A stretch of 36,867 bases of DNA from Elusimicrobiota bacterium (GCA_037137395.1 JBAXKK010000018.1:1-36867); one strand, 5' to 3'. Positions 1 through 9,863 are shown, counted from the first letter of the stretch. Numbers and translations are program-made. The notes: a model not told the origin generated them from the letters alone.

Positions 1-76
1 GTAAGAGGGTGTTTTTGTCATCCATGACTATAAGTTTGGTGTTGGTGCCACCTATGTCTATACCGATACCTTTCAT
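1..76 (-). CDS. ROK-family sugar kinase or regulator, N-terminus only (runs off the window)
   Basis: Manual translation MKGIGIDIGGTNTKLIVMDDKNTLL contains the ROK/actin-fold phosphate-1 motif GIDIGGT; GGGAG Shine-Dalgarno (SD) upstream. Confidence 0.75.
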   Translation of the reverse strand, partial: MKGIGIDIGGTNTKLIVMDDKNTLL

Positions 77-100
77 AATTCTCCCGTAACCTACAGTAAA

Positions 101-161
101 GGATTAAGTTGTAATAAGTAACTTGGTATAATTTTTCGTCTTACCACTTACCACTTAATCC
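101..161. repeat. Inverted heptamer array pair, TAAGT(G/A)G / CCACTTA family
   Basis: GGATTAAGTTGTAATAAGTAA ... TTACCACTTACCACTTAATCC; same family as 14727-14819. Confidence 0.7.
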
Positions 162-174
162 TGAGTTTTTATCG

Positions 175-1461
175 CTACCGGCCAATTACCGGTTCACAAA
201 AAATCGGCTTCAAAATAGAAAGAGCGGATCCTATCAGATAAAACGAACCGAGAACCACCGTTGTGCCCGTCCTGGCCCCGGCGGACAGGGCGGCCTCTAT
301 GTCTTCCTGCACTTCTATTTCGGCTTCCGGCCGCAGCCTGGAAAACTCATCCGCCAAAACGCAGGGATCGATGGCCCTTTCGGAAGGCGGCTTGGTAAAA
401 ATAGCCTTCGCGGCGTAAGGGGCTAGAGTAGTAAGTATTGAGAGGTGGTCTTTATCGTTTAGAAGACCCACCACAAAAACGGCGTCCCGGTCTTTGAAAG
501 GGGACCGGCTGAAAGTCGCGGCGAAAGCTCTTACCGCTTCCGGATTATGCGCACCGTCCAGGATATATACGCATTCCCCGCGGCTCAACACCTGAAAACG
601 GCCCGGCCAGTCCACGCGCGCGAAGCCCTGGGCGATATCTCCCCTGCTTATCTTAAACCCGGCTCCGTTTAAAATAGATATTCCCTCGTAAACCAGCGTG
701 GCGTTAGAAACCTGGACGTCACCCATGAGACCCAGCGCCAGTTCGTCGCCGGTCTTTTTATGCTTTAGGCGCATTCGTCCGAGCGTCCAATCGTAGCCGG
801 CGATTTCAAAGACCGGAGCCAGAAAATGCGCCCGTGCGCTCTTCTCCTGGGCCTCAAGTAGCACCGGTCCGCGTGCAGCTTCAGGCAGGAGAGGGGCCAG
901 GCACACGCCGCCCCTTTTGATGATGCCCGCTTTCTGGCCGGCTATCTCCACCAGGGTGTCCCCTAGATATTTTTTATGATCGTAATCCACCGAAGATATA
1001 ACCGACAGCTCCGGCCGCGGCAAAACATTTGTCGTGTCAAATCGTCCGCCTATACCTACCTCTATGACGGCGATGTCCGTCTTCTCGCGCTCAAAATAGA
1101 GAAAAGCCATGCAAGTCAGAATTTCAAAAAAATTCAGGTCAGGACCGGCTTTAAAAACCTCATCCAGCAAGTCTGCGAATTTCTGTTCTGCTATCTCCAC
1201 TCCGTTTATCTTTATCCGCTCGGTCAGAGCCAGAAGATGTGGGCTGATAAACAGGCCGGTCTTGTATCCCGCCGCCCTGAACACAGAATCAAACAGCGCG
1301 CAGACCGAACCTTTGCCATTAGTTCCGGTAACATGCACGGTCCGAATCTTCTCATGAGGATTCCCTAAATTATTAAGGGCCGCGTATACCCGGTCCAGGC
1401 CGTCCTTTTTAACAAAGCCCTGCCTCTCCATCAATATTTTTGAAGCTTGTTCAAAAGTCAT
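175..1461 (-). CDS. folC: Bifunctional folylpolyglutamate synthase / dihydrofolate synthase
   Basis: HVTGTNGKGS P-loop, SPHL, EVGIGGRFDTTN, WPGRFQ and LDGAHN motifs; start moved to MTFEQ (1461) because the upstream extension runs into a repeat array. Confidence 0.95.
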   Translation of the reverse strand: MTFEQASKILMERQGFVKKDGLDRVYAALNNLGNPHEKIRTVHVTGTNGKGSVCALFDSVFRAAGYKTGLFISPHLLALTERIKINGVEIAEQKFADLLDEVFKAGPDLNFFEILTCMAFLYFEREKTDIAVIEVGIGGRFDTTNVLPRPELSVISSVDYDHKKYLGDTLVEIAGQKAGIIKRGGVCLAPLLPEAARGPVLLEAQEKSARAHFLAPVFEIAGYDWTLGRMRLKHKKTGDELALGLMGDVQVSNATLVYEGISILNGAGFKISRGDIAQGFARVDWPGRFQVLSRGECVYILDGAHNPEAVRAFAATFSRSPFKDRDAVFVVGLLNDKDHLSILTTLAPYAAKAIFTKPPSERAIDPCVLADEFSRLRPEAEIEVQEDIEAALSAGARTGTTVVLGSFYLIGSALSILKPIFCEPVIGR

Positions 1462-1482
1462 AGTTTTTAAAAAACACATATC

Positions 1483-1567
1483 GCCATAGGCCATATGCTT
1501 TAGGCCATACGCAGAAATGTTAAGAAACTCCTTAAAAGCTTATGGCATACGGCGTACGGCCTATGGC
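1483..1567. repeat. Inverted heptamer array pair, GCCATA(G/C) / (C/T)TATGGC family
   Basis: GCCATAG GCCATAT GCTTTAG GCCATAC ... GCTTATG GCATACG GCGTACG GCCTATG. Confidence 0.85.
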
Positions 1568-1589
1568 ATTTTTTTGCCATAGCAAAAAA

Positions 1590-2846
1590 TCATGCTTTCA
1601 CCCTTTCTATTCTGACCCCTGACAGTCGAAGTTTATTTTCTATCTTTTCATAGCCGCGGTCTATGTGGTAAATGCGCCTTATGATCGACTTCCCTTTGGC
1701 GGCAACAGCGGCCACTATTAATGCGGCGCCGGCCCGGATGTCTGACGCCATTACCGGAGCTCCCAGCAGGCGTTCCACGCCCCGTATAACGGCCTTGCGG
1801 TCCGTGATAGTTATATCGGCGCCCATGCGCATAAGTTCGGCCGCGTGCATAAATCTATTCTCAAATATGGCTTCGTGCACCTCGCAGGAGCCTTTGGCGC
1901 GGGCCATAAAAGCCATCCAGGGGGCCTGTAGATCGGTAGGAAAACCGGGGTGGGGTTTAGTTGCAATATTCACAGGCTTCGGGCGGCCGCCGGAAGAACT
2001 GATCATTATGCTGCCCTTTTCAGAAGTTATCCTTACTCCGGCTTTTTTGAGGGCGCGCGCGACCGGCTCCATGAGCGCGATGTCAGTGTTCAGAAGTTTC
2101 AGCGTGCCCCCGGCCGCGGCGGCTGCCAGCATGAATGTGCCTGTCTCTATTCTGTCCGGCATAACCTCGTGCTTAAGTCCTTTAAGTTCATCTACGCCGG
2201 AAATTCTGATGATGGAGGTGCCAGCTCCATCCACTGCGGCGCCCATTTTAACGAGAGCCCTGGCCAGATCTTCTATCTCAGGCTCGCGGGCGCAGTTTTC
2301 AAGCACGGTGGTTCCTTTGAGCAGGGAGGCGCACATCATAAGGTTTTCTGTAGCGCCAACGCTCGGGAACCTAAATTTCAGGCGCGCGGGCCTGAGTCGG
2401 GCGGCGGTTAGTATAACATCGCCCCCCTCATAGGAAACTACGGCGCCCATTTTTTTAAAGGCTTCCAGATGGATATCTATCGGGCGCACGCCTATCGAGC
2501 AGCCGCCCGGGAGTGAGAACCGCACCTTTTTAAAGCGGGCGAGCAACGGCCCGGCCACCAGCATGGAGGCGCGCATCTTGCGGACAAGGTCGTAGGGGGC
2601 GTGATGTTTTAGACCGGAAGTTTCATGCACGGTAAAGGTGTTAAAACCGAAAAAACACCTCTTGCCCATATAGTTCAGGAGCTCGAAAGTGGACTTGATA
2701 TCCATAAGGTCTGGAACGTTCTTTATCTCGCATTTTTCCCTTGTAAGCATGGTGGCCGCGAGTATCGGCAGAGCCGCGTTTTTTGAGCCGCTTATCTTAA
2801 CCTCACCATTCACAGCCCTGCCGCCGTGTATAATAAAATTGTCCAT
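1590..2846 (-). CDS. murA: UDP-N-acetylglucosamine 1-carboxyvinyltransferase
   Basis: SGSKNAALP, MRAS, LPGGCSIGVRPIDIH (active-site Cys), SVGATEN, PDRIE, GFPTDLQ, HIDRGY. Confidence 0.98.
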   Translation of the reverse strand: MDNFIIHGGRAVNGEVKISGSKNAALPILAATMLTREKCEIKNVPDLMDIKSTFELLNYMGKRCFFGFNTFTVHETSGLKHHAPYDLVRKMRASMLVAGPLLARFKKVRFSLPGGCSIGVRPIDIHLEAFKKMGAVVSYEGGDVILTAARLRPARLKFRFPSVGATENLMMCASLLKGTTVLENCAREPEIEDLARALVKMGAAVDGAGTSIIRISGVDELKGLKHEVMPDRIETGTFMLAAAAAGGTLKLLNTDIALMEPVARALKKAGVRITSEKGSIMISSSGGRPKPVNIATKPHPGFPTDLQAPWMAFMARAKGSCEVHEAIFENRFMHAAELMRMGADITITDRKAVIRGVERLLGAPVMASDIRAGAALIVAAVAAKGKSIIRRIYHIDRGYEKIENKLRLSGVRIERVKA

Positions 2847-2867
2847 AAAACTTGCTCCTTATTTGTT

Positions 2868-2945
2868 GCCTTTGGCCGTTTGCCATTCGCAGAAAATCGA
2901 GTGACTCCTTTAAAACATACGGCGTACGGCAAATGGCAAATGGCG
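2868..2945. repeat. Inverted heptamer array pair, GCCATTY / AAATGGC family
   Basis: GCCTTTG GCCGTTT GCCATTC ... CATACG GCGTACG GCAAATG GCAAATG; central CGCAGAAA...ACTCCTTTAAAA shared with the 1483 element. Confidence 0.8.
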
Positions 2946-2964
2946 ATAATAGCGCACAGCGCTA

Positions 2965-3816
2965 TTATCTTTTTATCGCTTTTACAAACCGCTGCTTCCC
3001 GTTTAAATCTTTTATGACCTGCCGCTCCTTCCATACTTTCTCATCCAGCAGCTTTAGCGCCAGCGGGCCCTGCGTATCGCCAAGTTCCAGCAGTAGAGCT
3101 CCGCCTTTTTTGAGCGCAGCTGGCGCGGCCGCGATTATTTCTCTGGCTATAACCAGCCCGTCGCCTCCGCCGTCCAGCGCTAGCCGTGGTTCGGATAAAA
3201 CTTCTTTATCCAGCCCGGCTATTACCCCGGTAGGGATATATGGCGGGTTGGAAACTATAAGATCGAACGGTCCGCCGGAATCGCTGACCGAAGAAATTTT
3301 TACAAATTTCATCCGGCCCGCCAGGTCCAGCGCGCGCGCGTTCTCTTCGGCGCAGGCCAGGGCTCCCCGGGATTTTTCCGCCGCGGTCACCGCTGCCGCC
3401 GGGAATCTGCGCGCCAGGGCCAGCGCTATGGCGCCTGAACCGGCGCCGAAGTCAAGTATAGCTGGCGCGCCTCCCCTGCGCGACTTAAGTATAAAGTCCA
3501 CGGCCAGCCCCACCAGCTCCTCCGTCTCAGGCCTGGGAACCAGAACCCGGTGATCAACTTTAAGAGACAGGCCGCAGAAAGGCTGGGAGCCGAGAATATA
3601 GGCCAGCGGCTCGCCCTCCGCCTTGCGCGCCAAAAATTTTTCAAAATCCGCGACGATATCGGCCGGCACCGGAGCTCCGCCTTCGGCCAGCATGGAGAGC
3701 CTGTCTGTCTTCAGCAAATGCGCCAGCAACCAGGCGCAGTTGAGCGCGGCTTCGGAGATACCCGCGGCTTCAAGGCGCTCTGTTCCCTTAATCAGCAAAG
3801 CTTTCGTTGTCGGCAT
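2965..3816 (-). CDS. prmC: Release factor glutamine N5-methyltransferase
   Basis: [29 protein letters not shown] motif, SNPPY; directly downstream of prfA. Confidence 0.97.
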   Translation of the reverse strand: MPTTKALLIKGTERLEAAGISEAALNCAWLLAHLLKTDRLSMLAEGGAPVPADIVADFEKFLARKAEGEPLAYILGSQPFCGLSLKVDHRVLVPRPETEELVGLAVDFILKSRRGGAPAILDFGAGSGAIALALARRFPAAAVTAAEKSRGALACAEENARALDLAGRMKFVKISSVSDSGGPFDLIVSNPPYIPTGVIAGLDKEVLSEPRLALDGGGDGLVIAREIIAAAPAALKKGGALLLELGDTQGPLALKLLDEKVWKERQVIKDLNGKQRFVKAIKR

Positions 3817-4864
3817 TTTCCTTCTTTTTTCCGATATTTAATTTGACATCTTCGAGCATATTCTTTATGCCGCCCTCAACAATCTCATCCATGTTATACC
3901 ATGACATCTGAATGCGGTGGTCAGTCACGCGATTTTGCGGAAAGTTATAGGTCCGTATTTTTTCTGTGCGGCCGCCTGTGCCCACCTGCTTCTTCCGTTC
4001 GCCTGCCAGGGAGGCGGCCTGAGTTTCCTCAGCCACCAGGATCAGCTTGGCCGCCAGAAGTTGCAGCGCCTTCTGCTTGTTCTGGCCCTGTGAGCGCTCC
4101 TGCTGGCATTGGGTGATTGTTCCGGTTGGGATATGAGTGATGCGCACAGCGGTCTCAACCTTATTTACGTTCTGTCCGCCCGCGCCGCCAGCCCGGAAGG
4201 TGTCGACCTTCAGGTCCTTGGCTTCTATCTTTATCTCCACTTCCTCCGGCTCCGGCATTATAGCCACCGTGACGGTGGAGGTGTGGACGCGCCCGGAAGC
4301 CTCCGTAAGCGGCACCCGCTGTACGCGGTGCACGCCCCCCTCGTATTTCAGCCAGGCGAAAGCGTTGGTCCCCTCTATAAACAGGACCGCGTTCTTTATG
4401 CCTTTAAGCCCCGTGGAGTTCAGGTCGCGCAGCTCGGCTTTCCAGCCCATAGCGGCGGCGAACCTGGTGTAGATCCGCAGGAGATCGGCGGCAAAAAGCG
4501 CGGATTCATCCCCGCCAACGCCCGCGCGTATCTCCATAAAAATATTCTTTGAATCCTGCGGGTCCGGGGGCAGAATCAGGAGCTCCATTTTTTTCTCAAG
4601 AGCTTCGGTTTTAGCCTTTATCGGTCCCAGTTCGCCCGCCGCCAGCTCCGCCATGGCGGGATCGGTATCGGTCAGCATGCCTTGGGTCTGGGCGAGCTCG
4701 GCGCGCGCGGTGTCCAGCTCGCGCTTGGTGTCGATGATTGTTTTAAGGCGGGCGTGTTTTTTGGAAAGGGCCTCTATCTCTCCGGACTTGAGTCCGCCGG
4801 AAGAGAGGCGCGATTCGGTTTCGGCAAGTTCGGAGATTATTTGTTCCAGTTCTTTTTCAAGCAT
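3788..4864 (-). CDS. prfA: Peptide chain release factor 1
   Basis: [20 protein letters not shown] (PxT = RF1 specificity), [22 protein letters not shown]. Confidence 0.98.
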   Translation of the reverse strand: MLEKELEQIISELAETESRLSSGGLKSGEIEALSKKHARLKTIIDTKRELDTARAELAQTQGMLTDTDPAMAELAAGELGPIKAKTEALEKKMELLILPPDPQDSKNIFMEIRAGVGGDESALFAADLLRIYTRFAAAMGWKAELRDLNSTGLKGIKNAVLFIEGTNAFAWLKYEGGVHRVQRVPLTEASGRVHTSTVTVAIMPEPEEVEIKIEAKDLKVDTFRAGGAGGQNVNKVETAVRITHIPTGTITQCQQERSQGQNKQKALQLLAAKLILVAEETQAASLAGERKKQVGTGGRTEKIRTYNFPQNRVTDHRIQMSWYNMDEIVEGGIKNMLEDVKLNIGKKKENADNESFAD

Positions 4865-4911
4865 GTGTCCCGTTCAGGCAACCATCAGGCCGGCAGTATC
4901 GGGGCTAACCC

Positions 4912-5032
4912 GAAAGTTTCAATTGAAACTTTCCCCTTGCATAGCAATGGCGCGTTCCGCGGGGCATACACCCTTGCTGACCAGGCGCGCATAGCGCTGG
5001 TTCAGCAACCCGCGTAGCGGGGAATCATTCAA
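4912..5032. repeat. Palindromic MITE/REP-like element in the prfA leader
   Basis: Perfect 22-bp palindrome at 4912-4933; ends TTGAAACTTTCCCC / GGGGAATCATTCAA (11/14 inverted match); internal TTGCTGACCAG...CTGGTTCAGCAA stem. Confidence 0.55.
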
Positions 5033-5089
5033 TGTTTTTGTTCCCTGATATACTAAATGTAAATCATGTTGAACTGAAAGATTCGGGCT

Positions 5090-5129
5090 AAAAAAAAGCA
5101 GGCAAACATGTATGTCATGATTTGCCTGC
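5090..5129 (-). terminator. Intrinsic terminator of rpmE
   Basis: Minus strand GCAGGCAAA...TTTGCCTGC stem followed by a T8 tract, about 25 nt after the rpmE stop. Confidence 0.75.
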
Positions 5130-5152
5130 CTCAGAAAACTGCTAGATTCGCG

Positions 5153-5512
5153 TCAGGCGGCCTTGCTTTCCGGCTTCTTCGCGGCTTTGGCTTCGGCTTT
5201 TACGGCCTTGGCGGTTTTGGCCTTGGGCGCGGAGGAAAGCACTTTTTTTGAATGCTTGGGCGCCACAGAGGTCTTTACGGCCTTCTTGGGCTTGCGCACC
5301 ACGGTCTTGCCGCCGCTGGCGGAGAACTTTTTGTTGAACTTCTCAACGCGACCGGCAGTGTCCAGCATTTTCTGCTTACCGGTATAAAAAGGATGGCAGG
5401 CGGAACAGACCTCAACTTTGATAGAGGCTCTGGTAGAGCGGGTGACAAAAGCGTTGCCGCACACGCAGGAAACCTCTGAGACTACATATTTGGGGTGGAT
5501 ATCGGTTTTCAT
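5153..5512 (-). CDS. rpmE: 50S ribosomal protein L31 (Zn-binding type) with Lys/Ala-rich C-terminal tail
   Basis: [33 protein letters not shown]. Confidence 0.97.
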   Translation of the reverse strand: MKTDIHPKYVVSEVSCVCGNAFVTRSTRASIKVEVCSACHPFYTGKQKMLDTAGRVEKFNKKFSASGGKTVVRKPKKAVKTSVAPKHSKKVLSSAPKAKTAKAVKAEAKAAKKPESKAA

Positions 5513-5549
5513 AATAATCTTGTCCTTAAATAGTTAATATAGTATTCAA

Positions 5550-5558
5550 ATTATACCA
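5550..5558 (-). promoter_or_regulatory. Extended -10 promoter of rpmE
   Basis: Minus strand TGGTATAAT upstream of an AAGGA SD. Confidence 0.55.
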
Positions 5559-5643
5559 TAAAAAGCAGAGCAAAACAGGTTGGCAATTTTGCTAAATCGC
5601 TTTACATCTGGACGGCTTTGCCTCTAAACAGCTTTGCATCCGG

Positions 5644-6570
5644 TTATCGCTTACCGATCCTGGCCAGGGGATTCACGGATTTGCCTAAAGGCGTAATTAT
5701 TTCGAAATGCAGGTGAGGGCCCGTAGACATGCCGGTGGCGCCGACGCGCCCCAGCATGTTTTTGGATTTCTGAACCGTCTCGCCGACGCCCACTGATACT
5801 TTAGAAAGGTGTCCGTAGCGCGTAAGCGAACCGTCCTTGTGGCGCACCTCTACAATATTGCCGTAGCCCTCCTTCCAGCCGGCAAATATAATCGTTCCTG
5901 ACCTGGAGGCAAATACAGGCGTACCTACGGGCATCGGGATGTCGCAGCCCTTATGGAAAACTTTACGCTTCAGAACCGGGTGATAGCGCATGCCAAAGCT
6001 GGAACTGACCCTGGAAAAATACGGGAGCGGCATCCGGTAGGTGTCCAAATTCAGGTAGACTGCGGGCAGCTGCAGGCGGTCCCCTTTCTTGAATTTATAC
6101 GGGGCTAACATCGCCATCGCCGACAGTTGATTGTCTTTGACAATCGCGGCCTTAAAGTCTTTCAGATTAGTCTCATTCGGCTTAAAGCGGCGAGCTATTC
6201 CTTCAAGTGTCTCGCCGTCAACGATCACCTCGTGAAGGTATCCCCGGCCGTTATGCACCCGGATATGCCCACCTTTGGAAAGGAAGATGAATTCGTTATT
6301 ATTCGTGCTTTGGAGTGACCGGACGTCAGTGCCGTAATTGGCCGCAATAGTCCTGATATCCTCTCCCTTAAGCACTTTGTGCCGGGCGTGTATAAGGCGC
6401 GGTATCCTGCGGAAAGCTTCAGCCGGCGGTTCCGCCGGGCCGGAAGGAGTAAGCACGGAAAATCTGGCGTAATCCAAGCTCCCGCCCGCCGGAATGGATG
6501 CGGTAGAAAACATAGCCAGAGCGGCCACGCAGACCACCACTATAAAATAACTTTTTGTTGCTGTTCGCAA
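5644..6570 (-). CDS. LysM-containing M23 family metallopeptidase
   Basis: N-terminal hydrophobic signal, LysM-like segments, HKGCD (HxxxD), YGHL, TGPHLHFE (HxH). Confidence 0.9.
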   Translation of the reverse strand: MRTATKSYFIVVVCVAALAMFSTASIPAGGSLDYARFSVLTPSGPAEPPAEAFRRIPRLIHARHKVLKGEDIRTIAANYGTDVRSLQSTNNNEFIFLSKGGHIRVHNGRGYLHEVIVDGETLEGIARRFKPNETNLKDFKAAIVKDNQLSAMAMLAPYKFKKGDRLQLPAVYLNLDTYRMPLPYFSRVSSSFGMRYHPVLKRKVFHKGCDIPMPVGTPVFASRSGTIIFAGWKEGYGNIVEVRHKDGSLTRYGHLSKVSVGVGETVQKSKNMLGRVGATGMSTGPHLHFEIITPLGKSVNPLARIGKR

Positions 6571-6592
6571 ACAATCTCCACCGCAACAGTGT

Positions 6593-6668
6593 AGAGGATT
6601 AAGGGGTCAGGGTTTAGGGTAAGGAGTTCCCTATAACTCAACCCTCTCCCCTAAAACCCTCAACCCTA
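6593..6668. repeat. Inverted heptamer array pair, AGGGTNN / NNACCCT family
   Basis: AGGGGTC AGGGTTT AGGGTAA ... CTCAACC CTCTCCC CTAAAACC CTCAACCCT; just after the rho stop. Confidence 0.8.
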
Positions 6669-6671
6669 TTT

Positions 6672-8108
6672 TTACATTCCCGCCATTTCCATGGACTTCA
6701 GGAAGTCCTTGTTAGACTTGGTGGCCGAGAGTTTTGAATGTAGCAGATCCATAGCGTCAACGGGCGATAGTGGCGCCAGGACTTTCCGGAGAATCCACAC
6801 CTTATTGAGCTCGTCTTCGCTCATTAGAAGTTCTTCTTTTCTGGTGGAGGTCCTGTTTATGTCTATGGCAGGAAACATCCTGCGGTCTGAAAGCTTCCTG
6901 TCCAGATAGATCTCCGAATTTCCGGTGCCCTTAAACTCTTCGAATATAACATCATCCATGCGGCTGCCGGTTTCCACCAGCGCCGTGGCGATGATGGTCA
7001 GCGATCCGCCTTCCTCTATGTTGCGGGCGGCGCCGAAGAAACGCTTGGGTCGCTGGAGGGAAGTGGATTCAAGACCGCCGGACAGAACCCTGCCGCTTGA
7101 GGGCGAGATGGTGTTGTACGCGCGGGCGAGCCTCGTAACGGAGTCCAGCAGGATGACGACGTCTTTTTTAAGTTCGGTCATGCGTTTGGCTTTTTCAAGC
7201 ACAATTTCGGCCACCTGCACGTGCCGGTCGGCCGGTTCGTCGAAGGTGGAGGCTATAACCTCGCCTTTCACGGAGCGCTTCATATCGGTGACCTCTTCTG
7301 GGCGCTCGTCGATGAGCAGCACGATAAGTTCTATGTCAGGGTGATTGGTGGTAAGCGAGTTGGCGATGCGCTGGAGGATCATGGTTTTACCGGTTTTGGG
7401 CGCGGCCACGATAAGGGCGCGCTGGCCTTTACCGATGGGCGCGATAAGGTCTATCACGCGCGCGGTCATGTCGTTCTTTGTGGTTTCCAGTATAAAGCGC
7501 TGATTGGGGTGCAGCGGCGTCAGATTATCAAAGAGATCGCGGTTGATTATCTTTTCAATTTCCATCCCGTTGACGGTTTTAACCTGCAGAAGCGCGAAAA
7601 ATCTCTCGCCTTCCTTAGGCGGCCGGATAAGGCCAGTGACCTCGTCACCTTTACGGAGCCCGAGTTTCTTTATCTGGGAAGGAGAAACGTAAATATCCTC
7701 GTGGCTTGAGAGGTAATCATATTCCTGCGAACGCAGAAAGCCGAAGCCGTCCGGGAGGATCTCAAGCACGCCGGTGCCCTTTACGATGCCGTTCTGTTTG
7801 GCCTGGGCTTCCATGAGTTTGCCGATGAGTTCCTGTTTACGCATGCCGGATACGCCCTCAAGCTTGAACTGGTCTGCGATCTTAAGCAGTTCGGACACTG
7901 TCATCTTTGAGAGGACCGCCGTGTCCATCTTAGGCATATTATTCTGGGACCCGGCTCCGCTGCCCGAACCCTGCGCGTGAGTGTTATTGTTTTCCATCGT
8001 GTTATTTCTCCTTGTATCCGCGGGCACAACATGGTTGTTCCGCGGCCCGCCTTTTACTTCCTGAGCGAAAGCTGTCCTGGGATTTCTGTCTCCGCCGTTA
8101 TCCGTCAT
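6672..8108 (-). CDS. rho: Transcription termination factor Rho
   Basis: [55 protein letters not shown]; alternative in-frame start with AGGAG at 7997. Confidence 0.98.
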   Translation of the reverse strand: MTDNGGDRNPRTAFAQEVKGGPRNNHVVPADTRRNNTMENNNTHAQGSGSGAGSQNNMPKMDTAVLSKMTVSELLKIADQFKLEGVSGMRKQELIGKLMEAQAKQNGIVKGTGVLEILPDGFGFLRSQEYDYLSSHEDIYVSPSQIKKLGLRKGDEVTGLIRPPKEGERFFALLQVKTVNGMEIEKIINRDLFDNLTPLHPNQRFILETTKNDMTARVIDLIAPIGKGQRALIVAAPKTGKTMILQRIANSLTTNHPDIELIVLLIDERPEEVTDMKRSVKGEVIASTFDEPADRHVQVAEIVLEKAKRMTELKKDVVILLDSVTRLARAYNTISPSSGRVLSGGLESTSLQRPKRFFGAARNIEEGGSLTIIATALVETGSRMDDVIFEEFKGTGNSEIYLDRKLSDRRMFPAIDINRTSTRKEELLMSEDELNKVWILRKVLAPLSPVDAMDLLHSKLSATKSNKDFLKSMEMAGM

Positions 8109-8746
8109 TTTTTCTCCAATTTGTTTAAAAAATCAAAAACCCATACGATCTTAGCCCTGAGGGCGCTTACTGTTCCGGCGTTCCCTATCACGATATCCGC
8201 CCTGGCCGCCTTTTCCCCGGCCGTAAACTGCGCCGCGCTCCTGCGCCTGAATTCCCCGGAAGTCCACCCCCTTTCCGCCGCGCGTTTGAGGCGCAATCTG
8301 TAGGGGGCATCCACGCATATTGTTAAAGCGAAACACTGTTCAAGGCCGGCTTCGAACAGCAGCGGGGCTTCTAAGATGATTACATTATCATTGGATGTTT
8401 TGATTAAAGCGAGAGCGTGTTTAAGAATTTCGGGATGAAGTATGCTTTCTAGCCGTTTTCGTTTGGATTTGTCAGAAAAAATTTCTTTGGCGAGCTTCTT
8501 TCTGTCTATCGAACCGTCTTTTAGGAATACCCCGGAACCAAACTTCCTTGAAATTTTATTATAACAGGCCCTGGATGTCAACACTTCTTTTGCGAGGCCG
8601 TCCGTGGAAACGCAAAAAGCACCCAGTTTTTTGAAGCACTCAAGGGCGGAGCTCTTGCCCGAAGCGGCGGCCCCGGTAAGCCCGACAATGGTCTTACCTT
8701 TAATGGTTTTGAACCTGCGGCAAAGTTGTTTCATTTCTTTATTCAT
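8105..8746 (-). CDS. coaE: Dephospho-CoA kinase
   Basis: [44 protein letters not shown]; polA-coaE-rho context. Confidence 0.95.
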   Translation of the reverse strand: MNKEMKQLCRRFKTIKGKTIVGLTGAAASGKSSALECFKKLGAFCVSTDGLAKEVLTSRACYNKISRKFGSGVFLKDGSIDRKKLAKEIFSDKSKRKRLESILHPEILKHALALIKTSNDNVIILEAPLLFEAGLEQCFALTICVDAPYRLRLKRAAERGWTSGEFRRRSAAQFTAGEKAARADIVIGNAGTVSALRAKIVWVFDFLNKLEKK

Positions 8747-8790
8747 TCAGTTTTAACCTCCGATTTTTTGGCAGTCTCCGCCACCCCCCC

Positions 8791-8826
8791 CTGCCGCGCT
8801 GTCTTGCTGCCGCTCTGCCGCGCTGC
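8791..8826. repeat. Octamer tandem array (CTGCCGCG family) abutting the rhomboid stop codon
   Basis: CTGCCGCG CTGTCTTG CTGCCGCT CTGCCGCG CTGC, then the stop. Confidence 0.75.
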
Positions 8827-9675
8827 CTACGCCCTCCCCCCTTTATTCCTGGCATATTCGTCCAACGCGCGCCGTTCGCCGGCTGTCAGGGCGGCTTCGC
8901 CTTTCCTTGAGATTTTTTCAAGAATGGCGTCCACTTTCCTGGAAGTTTCCAGTTCACATTCACCAGCCTCCCGCGACGAGCCGCCAAAAACCCTGCCCCA
9001 AAATCTTTGCACTGTTCCTGCCGCGCTATCGCCCTCCCCACCTGCCGCACTGTCCCGCTGCCGCGCTGCCGCACTGCTTTCAACCCACCTTATGGTTTGA
9101 AAATACAGCCAGCCAGCCGCAAGCCCGCTCAAATGCGTAAAGTTGGCCACACTTGAATTGGGTGTGGTAAAACTGAGCACCAGGGAAAGCCCCGCCAGAA
9201 ACATAACCAACTGGCGCGCGCTCATAGGAAAAAGAAAATACATATACACCGTCTGGTCGGGATAAAGCGCGGCAAAGGCATATAGCAGGCCGTAAATAGC
9301 GCCGGAAGCGCCGATGACGGCTACCGCGGAGCCGGGACTGACCACCACGGTGATTAATCCCGCCGCCGCGCCGCAGAAAAGGAAATAGACAAAGAATTTT
9401 CTGGAACCCATGACCGGCTCAATAATTGACCCCATCATCCAGAGCATGAAAGCGTTGAAGAGAAAATGCCAGAACCCGCCATGAATAAAGATATAGGTAA
9501 TCGGCTGCCAGAGCCAGCCGGAGCCGGCCACCTTGAGCGGCACCAGACCGAAATAATAGTTCAGCGGCCCCCTGAACGCCATCTCCAGTATCCACCCGCA
9601 GAAAGAAACCATCACCAGCCCCCGGGTAGCCGGCGGCAAGTCGTTCAATGATGGTGGTCGCAGGGAAAAGTTCAT
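8827..9675 (-). CDS. Rhomboid family intramembrane serine protease with C-terminal DUF6576-like domain
   Basis: WQPITYIFIH, HFLFN, GASG (catalytic Ser), HLSG (catalytic His); tail VDAILEKISRKGEAALTAGER. Confidence 0.92.
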   Translation of the reverse strand: MNFSLRPPSLNDLPPATRGLVMVSFCGWILEMAFRGPLNYYFGLVPLKVAGSGWLWQPITYIFIHGGFWHFLFNAFMLWMMGSIIEPVMGSRKFFVYFLFCGAAAGLITVVVSPGSAVAVIGASGAIYGLLYAFAALYPDQTVYMYFLFPMSARQLVMFLAGLSLVLSFTTPNSSVANFTHLSGLAAGWLYFQTIRWVESSAAARQRDSAAGGEGDSAAGTVQRFWGRVFGGSSREAGECELETSRKVDAILEKISRKGEAALTAGERRALDEYARNKGGRA

Positions 9676-9711
9676 ACCTTTACATCCGATGTGTTAACTT
9701 CACATATAAAT

Positions 9712-9863
9712 TGGAGCGGGTGGCGGGGGATCCGGATAAGCGAAACCGTACCGGAGGCCGAGCCTTGCGTAAGCGGCGACTGGGTGGAGCCTTGCGACAC
9801 TGGGCCCGATCCGGAGGCGCGGACACGGTGTGGCCGACGCCGTTTTCGCGTTCCAGGCCCCCG
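9712..9863 (-). other. tRNA-Gly-like 3' remnant joined to a long imperfect hairpin
   Basis: Minus strand ends CCCGC-CACCCGC-T-CCA (T-stem 3', acceptor 3', discriminator, CCA); CGGGGG/CCCCCG and GCGAAA/TTTCGC arms; no 5' tRNA half. Confidence 0.4.

Noticed and set aside
1..76. acpS, suggested by the MKGIGID start
   Set aside because: It continues IGGTNTK, the ROK/sugar-kinase motif, rather than the AcpS pattern.
9712..9790. Complete tRNA gene
   Set aside because: Only a 16-nt 3'-like segment; no D arm, anticodon arm or TTCG loop found.
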